A stretch of 64,000 nt of DNA from the IMG/VR virus record IMGVR_UViG_3300020159_001897, positions 2,399 to 66,398 of that record; one strand, 5' to 3'. The notes under the pieces were generated by a model that had not been told where the DNA came from, did no database searches, and worked only from the letters and a program-made list of their open reading frames with translations. Position numbers and translations under genes: made by a program. Source of the stretch: a virus. This document shows positions 29,668 through 39,665 of the stretch, one piece after another. The number at the start of each line of letters is the position of its first letter. The stretch's first letter is position 1.

Positions 29668-30108
29668 GATTAAGGGACCCGTAAAAGTTTTTTTGTAATT
29701 TTTCCATCTTGTATAATTCCCCTATTCGTTGCCATTTACTTTTCCCTCCCGCCGCTACACCCTTACTTGGGGACGAAAGTATCCACAACTTGCCACTTGC
29801 TAATTTAATTTTAAAATCAGTTAGTTGCTGATTTACAAGTATCACACTGGCAATGAGCCCAACGGCCACCAGATGCAATGCTTTGTTCCTCACAGAACGG
29901 AGAGCCTACATGACTTCTCGCGTCTGCGATTCCTGTGAAGCAAAGTGCACAACCGACATTTACTTTCTGTCGCACATTCTTATGCTCTACAAATATTCCT
30001 TTTTCGAATATCATCACATTCACCTCCTAACAAGGTTGATAAAAGAGTATCACAACGAAAGTATAAATGTGGTGCTATACTGAAAGCAACTTAATAAGGG
30101 AGAAAATA

Positions 30109-30588
30109 ATGACCAAGAAAAAGAAGTCAGGGCGGACTCAACCACGAGGGTGGGGCGAGTGGCACATCGGCAGTTACCCAAATACTGGAAAGCCAGAACA
30201 CATCTCACAAGAACAATGGGAAGAGATGATGAAGTGGCGACAAGAGACTGAGTGCTTTGTCAACGATGTTTATCAGGTCAACATGAAAGACATCAAAGAC
30301 GAAGACGGGCATACCTGGAAGTACCTTTCCATCAAGCGTAGGGACAAAAAGGCAATCCATGACTGGCGTGCCCTACAGAGAATCAAGAATGAATTAGTAG
30401 GTGAAGAATACGAAGCAATCGAGATTTATCCTCGTGAATCAGAACTCATTGATGAAGCAAATCAATATCACCTTTGGGTAATGGAAAAAGGAAGAATCTG
30501 CCCTGTAGGATTTCGAGGTACCAGAATGACTTGTACTCCACAAGAAGCAGCACTTGTTGGTGCTAAACAAAGACCCTTTACAGACTGA
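30109..30588 (+). CDS. Conserved phage hypothetical protein
   Basis: HDWR.LQRIKNELVG...EA.E.YP....L.D.AN.YHLW motif; AAGGGAG RBS; TATACT upstream. Confidence 0.75.
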   Translation: MTKKKKSGRTQPRGWGEWHIGSYPNTGKPEHISQEQWEEMMKWRQETECFVNDVYQVNMKDIKDEDGHTWKYLSIKRRDKKAIHDWRALQRIKNELVGEEYEAIEIYPRESELIDEANQYHLWVMEKGRICPVGFRGTRMTCTPQEAALVGAKQRPFTD

Positions 30589-30596
30589 GGAAATCA

Positions 30597-30779
30597 ATGC
30601 CCCTAAAAGACCCTGAAGCACGCAAAGCATATGAACGCGAACGCAAGAACAAGAAGCGCGTAGAAAAGATTATGCAACTTCCCGAACCTGAACGCACCCG
30701 AAGACTTGAATCAAACGCTCGCCGCCGTGCCTATGAAATGCGCTGGACATCGGACAAAGTTCGGATGCGCGACTTGTGA
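30597..30779 (+). CDS. Small basic protein
   Basis: MPLKDPEARKAY start; GAGG RBS. Confidence 0.6.
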   Translation: MPLKDPEARKAYERERKNKKRVEKIMQLPEPERTRRLESNARRRAYEMRWTSDKVRMRDL

Positions 30780-31519
30780 ACAAATCAAAAAAGATTTTTG
30801 TAATTTTACTCTCTCTTATAATCGTCCTATACGGTCCCATTCCTGTTCGTTCACAAAATTTGAATTGGGATGAGAACGGCTTTTGTTGGGAAAATTGCCC
30901 CACTTTAGAAGGTTCTGCATACATCCATTCATTCACTCAAATCAGAGGTCTTACTGGTTATCTACGACTACCTGAAGTAGTTACTGCTCCAGTTCAAATC
31001 AGAGGACTTCGTATTGGAATCAATAATCCAATGGGTAACTTCTGGACTGCTAATGGAACCCTAGTCCACACTCTTACTGGTCAACGGTTGAGTCTTGGAC
31101 TTGCTGACTCATCTGATGGTAATCCGATGGGCTGGTATAACTTGAAGTGTTCTTCCGATAACCCTTGTAGCCCATACTTCTCATTCGGGCCTGTGCAGAT
31201 TCCGCCCCATATGTACGCTGGTTCATACCATCTCGAAATTGTGGTGAGATACGACTATGGCTTGAATCCTTCTTGGAGTAAGTTGATTGTCCTGCCTGGG
31301 GCGCTAGTGATTGCTTCTTCACCTGCTGGTCTCGGCGTGCTTCCCACTCCCACAACTTCCACAACTGTCTCATTACCGTCCATTGTATCACCCGTTGTGT
31401 CCCCCGCTAGACCTGCCTTTGGCAGGGCTTGTCCTTATCGTTATGGGCAGACTCGTATTAAGGGTATAAGGGCAGTCTGCTCTCTCATCAATCATCAACT
31501 CATATGGAGAAAGAAATGA
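30776..31519 (+). CDS. Secreted/surface protein with a P/T/S-rich linker and a C-terminal Cys pair
   Basis: N-terminal signal peptide; C-x15-C-x8-W tail. Confidence 0.65.
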   Translation: MNKSKKIFVILLSLIIVLYGPIPVRSQNLNWDENGFCWENCPTLEGSAYIHSFTQIRGLTGYLRLPEVVTAPVQIRGLRIGINNPMGNFWTANGTLVHTLTGQRLSLGLADSSDGNPMGWYNLKCSSDNPCSPYFSFGPVQIPPHMYAGSYHLEIVVRYDYGLNPSWSKLIVLPGALVIASSPAGLGVLPTPTTSTTVSLPSIVSPVVSPARPAFGRACPYRYGQTRIKGIRAVCSLINHQLIWRKK

Positions 31520-32043
31520 CAATTCCACCACTCAATATCAACACATACGCACTTACACCAAAAGAAGAGGCGATATGTGCTCGCATTGGATACGAGCGTC
31601 AGTTACCAATGCTTGGTCAACCAGAGCGTAACCGTAACTACTCAGAGGGAGACATCTGGGAAGTGTGGCAACATTCAGTATGTGCTGGGGCAGAACTTGC
31701 CTTTGCACGGATGATTGGCCTTGAAGACTTTGAGCCACATGTGAACAAGTTCAAGTCAATGGAAGATGTTCCAGGCTATGAGGTGAGATACTCCTTTGGG
31801 AACTACAAACTTCGTCTTTCTGACTGGGATGACAAGGACGCTGTATATGTTCTTTTGGTCAACGGTCTACGCACGCGGACTCGTCGTAGCGCGGACAATG
31901 GGTGGCTTGGAGTCCCATACAAAGCAGTGTGCTGGGCGACTGGTCATGAGATTGTCGAGCGAGGCGACAGATTGGGCAATTCGTGGACAGTACATTCAAG
32001 CAAAGCAAACCGTATTGAAACTTTGATGGGGGAAACTTACTAA
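31516..32043 (+). CDS. Hypothetical protein, restriction-endonuclease-fold-like
   Basis: GAELAFA...D...YEVR pattern; GGAG RBS. Confidence 0.6.
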   Translation: MTIPPLNINTYALTPKEEAICARIGYERQLPMLGQPERNRNYSEGDIWEVWQHSVCAGAELAFARMIGLEDFEPHVNKFKSMEDVPGYEVRYSFGNYKLRLSDWDDKDAVYVLLVNGLRTRTRRSADNGWLGVPYKAVCWATGHEIVERGDRLGNSWTVHSSKANRIETLMGETY

Positions 32044-32175
32044 TGGACCACCTTGTGTTGTTGGCGGCGCTGACTTTGATGGCAGCAGTGTGGCTACGGG
32101 ACCATCCATAGATGGGACAGGCGACCTATACAGGTGATTAGAGGTAAAAAATGTGGGGAGGGCTCCCCCCGCAGA

Positions 32176-32284
32176 AACCCTAAACCTTTACTTGAGGGTT
32201 AGGGGGTGGGGGGTATCCCACCACTCTCAGTGGTCGCGGTTGTGGATAACTTGTGGATAACCTATCGAGACGAACACTTGTTCG
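32176..32284. promoter_or_regulatory. Island of host-type binding sites: FtsR-like MerR site, two DnaA boxes, one LexA box
   Basis: AACCCTAAACCTTTACTTGAGGGTT (32176); TGTGGATAA (32241, 32252); CGAACACTTGTTCG (32271). Confidence 0.7.
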
Positions 32285-32505
32285 CCTTGTCACTAGGCGC
32301 GTTGTGAGCCCGTCTAACGCGCGTGGCGCGGTGTTGTGTGTGTCTAAGCCTTATCGAGACTACGGCGCGTCTAGGCGCATTGTGGCGCGTCTCACGGGGT
32401 CAAGGGCAACGGCGCGCAAGTATCACGGGCAACGGTTCGCAAGGGTTCGCGGTGTTGGCGCGGTGTGTCACGCCGTCACGGGTTCGCGCGTTACGGGTTC
32501 ACGGG

Positions 32506-32553
32506 TAAAAAAAAATACCGCGCACACCATCACGCGGACGGTGTGCGCGGTAT
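32506..32553 (-). terminator. Intrinsic terminator closing the early region
   Basis: TACCGCGCACACC...GGTGTGCGCGGTA inverted repeat with a long U-tract on the minus strand. Confidence 0.8.
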
Positions 32554-32572
32554 TCGCGCGAGGTGCTACGGG

Positions 32573-33328
32573 TTACGCGAGGGGATACCGCGTCTCGCCG
32601 TTCACCTCATAGGCGCGGTCAAGTGTTCCGAACAATAGCGCGGTGGACGCGCTACAAGTGTAGGCGGTCTCGGTGTACACCTTCTCGGTGCGCACGGGTT
32701 CGCTAATTTCGTAAATCTCGCGCATACGGTCTAGGCGGTTGAGGTCATCGCACGAATATCCTTCACCGTTCCAAATTGCTGAGGCGTACCAAATAAGTCC
32801 TTCATCGTCCATACCTTGTGAGCCCATCGCGGTAAATCCGTTGAGGTCATTCATCGCGGTTAGGTGCTCATCGTGCGATGGGTCAAGCACCGCGCGCAAT
32901 AGGTTCACAAGTGACTGTGTCTCGCCGTGAGCCTCGCGCAATTCGTCCGCGTAGGCGTCCGCGTCATCGTGCTCAACAAGGTCACAACCGCCATCGGCGA
33001 GACGCTCACGCGCGTGAGCCAGGTCTGCCACTAGTGCGCGGTTGGTGTCGCGTAGTTCGCCGATAATGCGCGCGCTATCTGAGCATTCGGTGTTGAGTGC
33101 GCGGTATCCGCGAACAATGCGCGCTATCTGTTCGTCCTTGACAACCGCAACGGCTACGCCCGAACTAATCGCGCCAATGAACAACAACGCGCACACAATA
33201 AACAACGCGCTCATTAGGTCAATGTAGTGAGTGAGTAGGGCAACACTTGCCACCAATGCCACCAATGGCAACGGCGCGATTAGTGCGATTACTTTTTGCG
33301 GTTCGGTTAGGTTCTGTAACTTTTTCAT
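32573..33328 (-). CDS. Membrane protein with a coiled coil
   Basis: Two TM segments; AAAGGA RBS before MKKLQNL. The track's longer N-terminus runs through hairpins. Confidence 0.7.
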   Translation of the reverse strand: MKKLQNLTEPQKVIALIAPLPLVALVASVALLTHYIDLMSALFIVCALLFIGAISSGVAVAVVKDEQIARIVRGYRALNTECSDSARIIGELRDTNRALVADLAHARERLADGGCDLVEHDDADAYADELREAHGETQSLVNLLRAVLDPSHDEHLTAMNDLNGFTAMGSQGMDDEGLIWYASAIWNGEGYSCDDLNRLDRMREIYEISEPVRTEKVYTETAYTCSASTALLFGTLDRAYEVNGETRYPLA

Positions 33329-33474
33329 TTTGAGTAATTCCTTTTCTGTTTGGTTTGGTTTGGTTTGGTGAGTGTTGCCACTCTCACAACACTCACGCGC
33401 GAGGGGTTCGCGTGAGTGTTCTGAGAATGTCACCGCGCAAGGGGTACGCGGTGACACTCACAACGCCAACGGGG

Positions 33475-33735
33475 TCAGCCGTTGTAGTCAGCCTCAATAC
33501 GGCGCGACATTGGCACGGTGCGCGTAAGCACTTCACCGATAACAACGGCGTCAATTGGTGCTAGGTAGTAATCGCTAACGATTAGCGGTTGGTTGTTGTC
33601 CTGATAAACAACACTCTCAACGCTTACGGCGTCCTGACGGATACCCCAAACGCCGTGACGGTTGCGGTATGCGTAAGCGTTGCGAGGTAGCAACGCCAAT
33701 TCTTTAGTGGTGAATGGTGAACGGTTAGGTGACAT
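33475..33735 (-). CDS. Hypothetical early protein
   Basis: AAAGGA RBS; TTGCAA-N17-TATGAT promoter at ~33782-33810. Confidence 0.65.
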   Translation of the reverse strand: MSPNRSPFTTKELALLPRNAYAYRNRHGVWGIRQDAVSVESVVYQDNNQPLIVSDYYLAPIDAVVIGEVLTRTVPMSRRIEADYNG

Positions 33736-33990
33736 TGGGTAATTCCTTTTCTGTATGTTCGGCGGTTTTGCCGATACCCCATCATAGGCACAATATGCGA
33801 CAGTGTTGCAAGTCATTCGGGCACTTTTTCTAATTTTTTTCTATCTTTTCGCGCTATCCCGTCTAAGCCTTACGGGATAAGGGTTTGCGCGGTATCTGCC
33901 AATTTTCACGGCGCGCTATATATAGACACCGCGAGACGGCGCGCGAGACGGTGAGACGGGCAACGGCGCGCCACCGTGACGGCGCGAGGC

Positions 33991-34178
33991 TGTGGATAAC
34001 TTGCGAGGCTGTGGATAACTCAACCACTGAGAGTGTGATATATCAGCGCCGTGATATGTCGGTGATATATCAGCGGGGTTTGGGTGTCGCCGTGCGCGCG
34101 GGCGCGCCCGTGCCCCTGCGCGAAGAAAATGGTGTTCCAGACTGAATGATTTTATTTTGCGCTTCCGTTTCCTCGGGC
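33991..34178 (+). promoter_or_regulatory. Island: two DnaA boxes, two TGATATATCA palindromes, tripartite motif copy 1
   Basis: TGTGGATAA (33991, 34010); TGATATATCA (34036, 34063); GAAAATGGT-N13-TGATTTTATTT-N8-CGTTTCC (34125). Confidence 0.8.
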
Positions 34179-34595
34179 CATGTGTGCCCGCGCGCCCGTT
34201 TTGAGATTGCCCGCCGCCCTTGCGCCCTTGGCTCGACCCTCTGCGCCCTCACGCCAACGCCAGCACCCCGCGCCGCCTTTTTAGCGGAGCCTCTGCCCGC
34301 CGCCCCTGCCCTCCTCCTTCGGGGGTGTTGCTCGACGCCCTGGCGCCCTTGTTAGCCCTAGGCGCGCCCTGGGCTTCACAACTAAGCCCTAGGCGCGCCC
34401 TGGTGCGTCCTCGCGCCTACTTGCGCCCGCGTGCCCACAATACAAGCGCCACGATTAGGACGCTTGCGGTAGACACTGCAACGGCAGTACTCGCGTTGTA
34501 TATGTCAAGTGTTATCTGCATTTTTCTCCCTTCATTGGTATAAGTATATTATAGCACGCCCGCCAAGTATTTGCAACTTGACGGGCGAACTATTT

Positions 34596-34889
34596 TCAGA
34601 CGGTGACTAACTTACGCAGTCCGACTGGATAGCGCGCTACTTCGCCGTTCGCGCTGATACGGAATGAGCCCGCCGCCTCGCACGAACTCACGCCAGTCGC
34701 TTCATCGCGACTTACCAAGCGCCACACGGTGCCAGTGATACGGCAGTCCTCGTGCTGTCTGCGCGAGAGTTCCAGTGTGTAGCGGTTGCCGTCTACCTCG
34801 TAGACATTCTGCATACCCGTTGAGGCTAGGCAGATATGACGCCACGCATTGAATACCTCGTGCGCCTCACTTGTGTACGACTTGCCCAT
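34596..34889 (-). CDS. Hypothetical early protein
   Basis: GAAGGGA RBS; own promoter. Confidence 0.7.
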   Translation of the reverse strand: MGKSYTSEAHEVFNAWRHICLASTGMQNVYEVDGNRYTLELSRRQHEDCRITGTVWRLVSRDEATGVSSCEAAGSFRISANGEVARYPVGLRKLVTV

Positions 34890-35014
34890 TGTGTGTTCCC
34901 TTCATTAGGTTGGTTGTTACTAATACCATTATAGCATATCAAGTCGCGCACGACAACCCCAAATAATTATATCTTCGGGTTGCCAAATATGCGATAGTGT
35001 GCTATACTGTATAT

Positions 35015-35164
35015 ATGAACAACACACACAACTCACTCGCCAAGTGCGAGGGTGCGGACTGCACCAACCTAACCGACATCGTCCTCTGCGATACCTGCAC
35101 CGAGGACTACCTCTACGACTACGAACTCGCTCGCGAGGATAGGGCGGAGGCGCGGTTGCGCTGA
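35015..35164 (+). CDS. Small leaderless zinc-finger protein (49 aa)
   Basis: TTGCCA-N17-TATACT-N6-ATG; CEGADC...CDTC; GC hairpin after the stop. Confidence 0.7.
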   Translation: MNNTHNSLAKCEGADCTNLTDIVLCDTCTEDYLYDYELAREDRAEARLR

Positions 35165-35680
35165 CGCCAACGGCGGGCGGGGCGTGAGCCTCGCCAACCC
35201 GCGCGCCCTCCTCCCGTGATATATCAACGGCATATCACCAAACCCGCAACCCTCCTTCGCCCTGGCGCGAGCAAGCCCTCGGATAAGCCCTCAGTTAGAC
35301 AATTATTTGCGCGCTCAACACGGAGCCCTGGGTGAGCCCTCGCGACAACCCTGGGTGTGTGCGCCCGTGTCCCTCTGTGTTTTTTCTGAACGCCAACCCC
35401 GCGCGCCCTCCTGCGGATACGCCAACGCCACGCCCTGGCCCTCCTCCTTGCGGAGCCCTGGCGTGCCCTTGCGCCACCCTCGGGTGAGCCCTGGAGTGCG
35501 AAGCCCGCGCGCCTCTCCTCGGCTCTCTCCCTCGGTTGCTAGAACCTGCCTGCCCGTAGTCCCGCGAGCAAGTGTGCGATGGTCATCATCAGTCTCATTT
35601 GGTTTCCTTCCATTAGGTTATGTATATATTATAGCACGCCCCGCGAGCCTATGCAACCCGCGGGGCGACTATTTTCTAAA

Positions 35681-35923
35681 TTATTTTTTGACTGAAGCCC
35701 TCAACAATGCGTTGCGGATTTTGCCCATTCCAACCTTGTCGGAGTGTGAGCCCCAACCTTCGGATACTTGGGTCAGTTCGCCCTTGGTTAGTTCCGCCAT
35801 CAAGGTGGAGTAGTGGTAGATATGACGGGTGTTCTCGTCAATGTCTACCGCGCGCCACGATGACGCCTTGAATGAGCGCCCCGCCTTCACGGGCTTGGTT
35901 GCTAGGTCTGCTAATTTTGCCAT
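35681..35923 (-). CDS. Hypothetical early protein
   Basis: GGAAGG RBS, own promoter, W.S.SD..G motif. Confidence 0.7.
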   Translation of the reverse strand: MAKLADLATKPVKAGRSFKASSWRAVDIDENTRHIYHYSTLMAELTKGELTQVSEGWGSHSDKVGMGKIRNALLRASVKK

Positions 35924-36261
35924 TGAGTTGCCTTCCGTTCGGGGCTCGCTGGTTGCTTGCCCTTGTAATAATAGTATAGCATACTATGCCACACAATGCA
36001 ACCCAAACGGGCAGATTTTTCTAAACTATTTTGCCCTCAACGAGACGCGCCCTGGCGCCCCTCCTGCGGTGCAAGCCCTCGAACAAGCCCTCAGTTGGAC
36101 AATCCCTCGCGCTCACGCCCTGGAGCCCGTGGTGAGCCCTGGGTATCCCGCGGGGGTTGGTCGCAAAACTGCAGGGCAAGCCCTCCTGCGATTTCGTCCC
36201 CTGTTCAGGTATGCAGAAGCCCGCCCAGCGGGGGGGCTGGGCGGGCTCTGTGTTGGTCTTG

Positions 36262-36486
36262 CTACGCCGTCACTTCGGCAAGCGAACGGGCAACCGTTCC
36301 CGTGAAGGTTGGGCTAACCCAGCGCAACACAATCTTGCCTGCGATGCGGTCACGGATAACCGCTACCTTTGCGGACTTCTCCATAAAGGTCACGGCTTCG
36401 GTGAGCGTGTCAAACGACATCACCTTGACAAGTCCGCCATCGCCTTCATTGTCGTACTGCCAAGTAACTAGATACTGATTTTCCAT
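36262..36486 (-). CDS. Hypothetical early protein
   Basis: AAGGGAG RBS; TTGCAA-N17-TATACT; terminator hairpin at 36219-36248. Confidence 0.7.
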   Translation of the reverse strand: MENQYLVTWQYDNEGDGGLVKVMSFDTLTEAVTFMEKSAKVAVIRDRIAGKIVLRWVSPTFTGTVARSLAEVTA

Positions 36487-36605
36487 TTTGTTCTCCCTTG
36501 TTGTGTTGGTAATACAAGTATAGCACACTCTGCCACACTTTGCAACTCTTTTCTAAATTATTTTGCTAATTATTTTACGAAGTGGCTCCCGCCCGCCCCT
36601 TGGGG

Positions 36606-36809
36606 CTAGGACATAAAGTCCAGCGCCCTCTGCGCCCTCTGCTTCGCCCAAACCGTGCTGGCTTCCAGCGAGCCCGCGGTGTATGCGTGCCCGTAGTCCG
36701 CCACAAGTCCCGCGGGGTTCAGCCCGTCTAGGTACTCCACGATTTCCGAGAGTGCGTGTTCTAGGTCGGTGACCCTCGCCCTCAGTTGGTGTTCGGTGTA
36801 TGTTTGCAT
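36606..36809 (-). CDS. Hypothetical early protein
   Basis: GAGGGA RBS. Confidence 0.6.
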   Translation of the reverse strand: MQTYTEHQLRARVTDLEHALSEIVEYLDGLNPAGLVADYGHAYTAGSLEASTVWAKQRAQRALDFMS

Positions 36810-37061
36810 TTTGTTCCCTCTTTCCCTTTAGTAAAGTCCTCGGGCGATTTCTCGGTGCTGGTCTGCGATTTCGTCACAGAAACAATCGCAAGACCAAACC
36901 CCGCAGTCCTCGCAGGTTTGGATATCGTCCTCGGTGGTTGTGTTCGTTGTGTTTGTCATAATAATAGTATAGCACACTATGCTACACAATGCAAGCCAAT
37001 TTCCAAAGTAAATAAAACTTTTTCCGACCCGTCGCCCTTGCGCCCTCAGCCCGCGGGGCTC

Positions 37062-37241
37062 TTACAGCCAGTCCCCGCAGTTGGCGCAGATAGGGACATA
37101 CAACTTTTCCCAGTTGTCCTCGCGCCCGCCACGCCCTAGGTATGAGTGCTCAACGGTTGAGCCACAAACAACGAGTGCGCCCTCGTCGCTCACGCAATAG
37201 GCGGACAGTGTAATTTCGTGGTTGTTCAGTGTAATTGTCAT
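37062..37241 (-). CDS. Small leaderless zinc-ribbon protein
   Basis: TTGCGA-N17-TATACT immediately before the ATG; C...C...CANC. Confidence 0.6.
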   Translation of the reverse strand: MTITLNNHEITLSAYCVSDEGALVVCGSTVEHSYLGRGGREDNWEKLYVPICANCGDWL

Positions 37242-37884
37242 AAATACAGTATAGCACACTCTGTCACGCTTCGCAACTTATTTCTATATATTTTCGCTCG
37301 CCACCCTTGCGCGCCCTGCGCCACCCTGGCGCCCTCGCTTCCCGTGATAAGCCCTCAGTTAGACATTTTTTTCCACTCACTCCCTGGAGCCCTGGGACAC
37401 GGCTAATAGCCCGCGGGGTCGCCACTCCCGCGGGCTTGCGCCTTGCTTACTAGCCCTTAGTGAGGCACGCCGTTCCAGTATGGGCGTGGCTCTGAAGGCT
37501 CGTCGTACTCGTCATAACCCTCTGCTTCCAGCAATTCGTCTTCCCACCCTGGCTTCCACCCGTGGTCCAAGTCACCGTAGTTTGACATTTTGTTTCCTTT
37601 CGTTTGGTTGGTATATACAGTATAGCACTTTGTAGCACGATACGCAAATTATTCTTAGATATTTTTACCCGCGCCCTTAGCGTCCCTTGCGCCCGCGCGC
37701 CCTCGGACAAACCCTCAGTCTCGCAATTTGTTTTGCTGTCGCCCTGGAGCCCTGGGAACGCCCTGGGGCTAACCCTCGCGTTGGTCGCCCGCGTGCTCAA
37801 ACCCACCAGCCTCCGCCCGTGGGCGGGTACGCCAAAACCCAACCCGCGGGGGTGCGGGCTGGGTTGGCTCGGACTGGCTGCCGT

Positions 37885-38142
37885 CTAGCGGTAGTAAAGC
37901 CAATTCTTGCGGAAGGCTACTGCCGTGCCCTCGTAGTCGGCTTCGCTGTCGTTGCTGTATGCGCCAACCGTGACTGGTGCGATAACAAGCGTGTCGGGCG
38001 TGTCCTTCGCCGTGCGTAGCGCACGGTTGCTGGCGAGGGCATAGGTCAAGCCGTTGTCTCGGCTAACTGCCATCGTGGTTTTGGCTTGGCTTGAGTTTGT
38101 CAAGCCTGACCACTGAATATTGCTATTGCGTGCTGGTCGCAT
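37885..38142 (-). CDS. Hypothetical early protein
   Basis: GAAAGGG RBS; promoter at ~38183-38212. Confidence 0.55.
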   Translation of the reverse strand: MRPARNSNIQWSGLTNSSQAKTTMAVSRDNGLTYALASNRALRTAKDTPDTLVIAPVTVGAYSNDSEADYEGTAVAFRKNWLYYR

Positions 38143-38576
38143 ATTTCCCTTTCGCATAGGTACTTCGTTTTCCCTATATATATACTATAGCACACTCTGT
38201 CACACAACACAACCTAAAATAGAATTATTTTGGATATTCTTTTGATATATCACCGCCCTCGGCGTGGGCGAACAAGTGTTTGGGGGTCGGTTGCCGCGAT
38301 ATGCGCCCTCGTGCGATATTGTGCGAGTAAAAGTAAAATAAGCCCTCAGTCACGCAAAGTCCCGCGCGCCTCCCTCGGTGCGCCCTGGAGCGTCTAGCGA
38401 GCCCTCACGGCTTGGTCGGCGAACGCCAAAAAGTGACCCTGGCGCCCTCCCTCCCCGTGATATATCAAAGGAATATCAGTTTTTGACTTGACAAACTACC
38501 CTTGCGTAGCCTCTGCCCGCGGGGCAGGTACGCCAAAGCCCGCCCCGCGGGGGGGCGGGGCGGGCTCTCGGTCGTT

Positions 38577-38801
38577 CTAGGCGTTCGCTAGTTCTGATTT
38601 CTCAAACTCGGCGAGTTCGTTCACCATTTCGGCGATACGAATAAACATTTCCCTCTGCGCTGGTGTGTGGCTAAAGAGGGATACCGTTCCGCTAGTCGTG
38701 CCATTTTCCGATACGACTAGGCGAAGTACTGCCCAGTCCTCGTGGTCGCTAATCCGTGCCGTGAGTGTGGTGTCCTCGTTCAGCATTGCTGTGGTTTCCA
38801 T
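38577..38801 (-). CDS. Hypothetical early protein, possibly paralogous to 42908..43138
   Basis: GAAAGGA RBS; own promoter and terminator; F..TP.Q motif shared with 42908..43138. Confidence 0.7.
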   Translation of the reverse strand: METTAMLNEDTTLTARISDHEDWAVLRLVVSENGTTSGTVSLFSHTPAQREMFIRIAEMVNELAEFEKSELANA

Positions 38802-38965
38802 TGTGTTCCTTTCATTAGGTGATAATACAAGTATAGCACTTTATCGCATACCCCGCAACCTGTACGGGATATTTTTTTATTTATTTTTTGCGCCCTCGCG
38901 GAGCCTCTGCCCGCGGGGGTTCGGTTTGTCGGGCTGGTGATTAGCCAGCCCGACTACCTAACCGA

Positions 38966-39340
38966 TTAGGCTACTTGGGCAACCTTTGCCACTTTGGCTT
39001 CGGTCACTCGCACTTGGTTGTAGTGCGTAATTGTGACTACTGCCTGCTCGGTGGCTTCCGTGATTTCGCCAGCCTTGCGGGCAAGGTCAAAGGCTTTGTT
39101 ATCCACTGCCACTTTGGTCACGGCTTGGTAGGTGCTTGCGCTGATATGCTTCGCCAATTCGGCGACATCAAAGTTTCGGCGTTCTGCCGACACAAGCGCA
39201 ACGGTCACGCCGTCAATGGTCACGGACTTTTCGCCAGTCTCGGCTACTTCTGCCTCAAACTTAGCCTTTGCGCTTTCGTAGGCTTGCGTAGCAAGTTCCA
39301 CCGCACGCTTGGCGTTTATTAGGGTTTGTACTGTATTCAT
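38966..39340 (-). CDS. Hypothetical early protein
   Basis: GAAAGG RBS before MNTVQ; own promoter. Confidence 0.7.
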   Translation of the reverse strand: MNTVQTLINAKRAVELATQAYESAKAKFEAEVAETGEKSVTIDGVTVALVSAERRNFDVAELAKHISASTYQAVTKVAVDNKAFDLARKAGEITEATEQAVVTITHYNQVRVTEAKVAKVAQVA

Positions 39341-39446
39341 TAGGTACTGCCTTTCATTAGGTTCTGTCGGGCTTGTTCCCGACATATACAAGTGTAGCAT
39401 TTTCTAGCACGGCTCGCAACCTGTACGGGATAATTTCTTATTTTAT

Positions 39447-39665
39447 TTTTCCACAGACTTATCCACAGGCTGTGGATAACTTGCCCGCGGGGCTGTGGAT
39501 AACCCGCGCGCCCTGGCGCCCTCAGCCCCAGACCCTCAACCTCTACTTGAGGGTTAGGGTTTGTCTCAGACCGAACATATGTTCGCCCTTGGCCCCTCTC
39601 CGCCCTCGGAGAAAATGGTGTTCCATTTGTCTTGATTTTATTTTGCGCATCGTTTCCCTTGGGCC
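39447..39665 (+). promoter_or_regulatory. Island: DnaA-box cluster, FtsR-like site, LexA box, tripartite motif copy 2
   Basis: TTTTCCACA 39447, TTATCCACA 39459, TGTGGATAA 39471 and 39494; GACCCTCAACCTCTACTTGAGGGTT 39531; CGAACATATGTTCG 39572; motif at 39611. Confidence 0.8.

Noticed and set aside
33329-33457. N-terminal extension of ORF 32573..33457
   Set aside because: It runs through tandem hairpins and a CAAAC repeat; a clear RBS precedes the ATG at 33328.
34490-34512. dif-like site (TATGTCAAGT resembles a XerD arm)
   Set aside because: There is no XerC arm at the right spacing, and it lies inside a probable small ORF.
39098-39106. Additional DnaA-like box TTATCCACT
   Set aside because: It has one mismatch, is isolated, and is explained by V-D-N codons.
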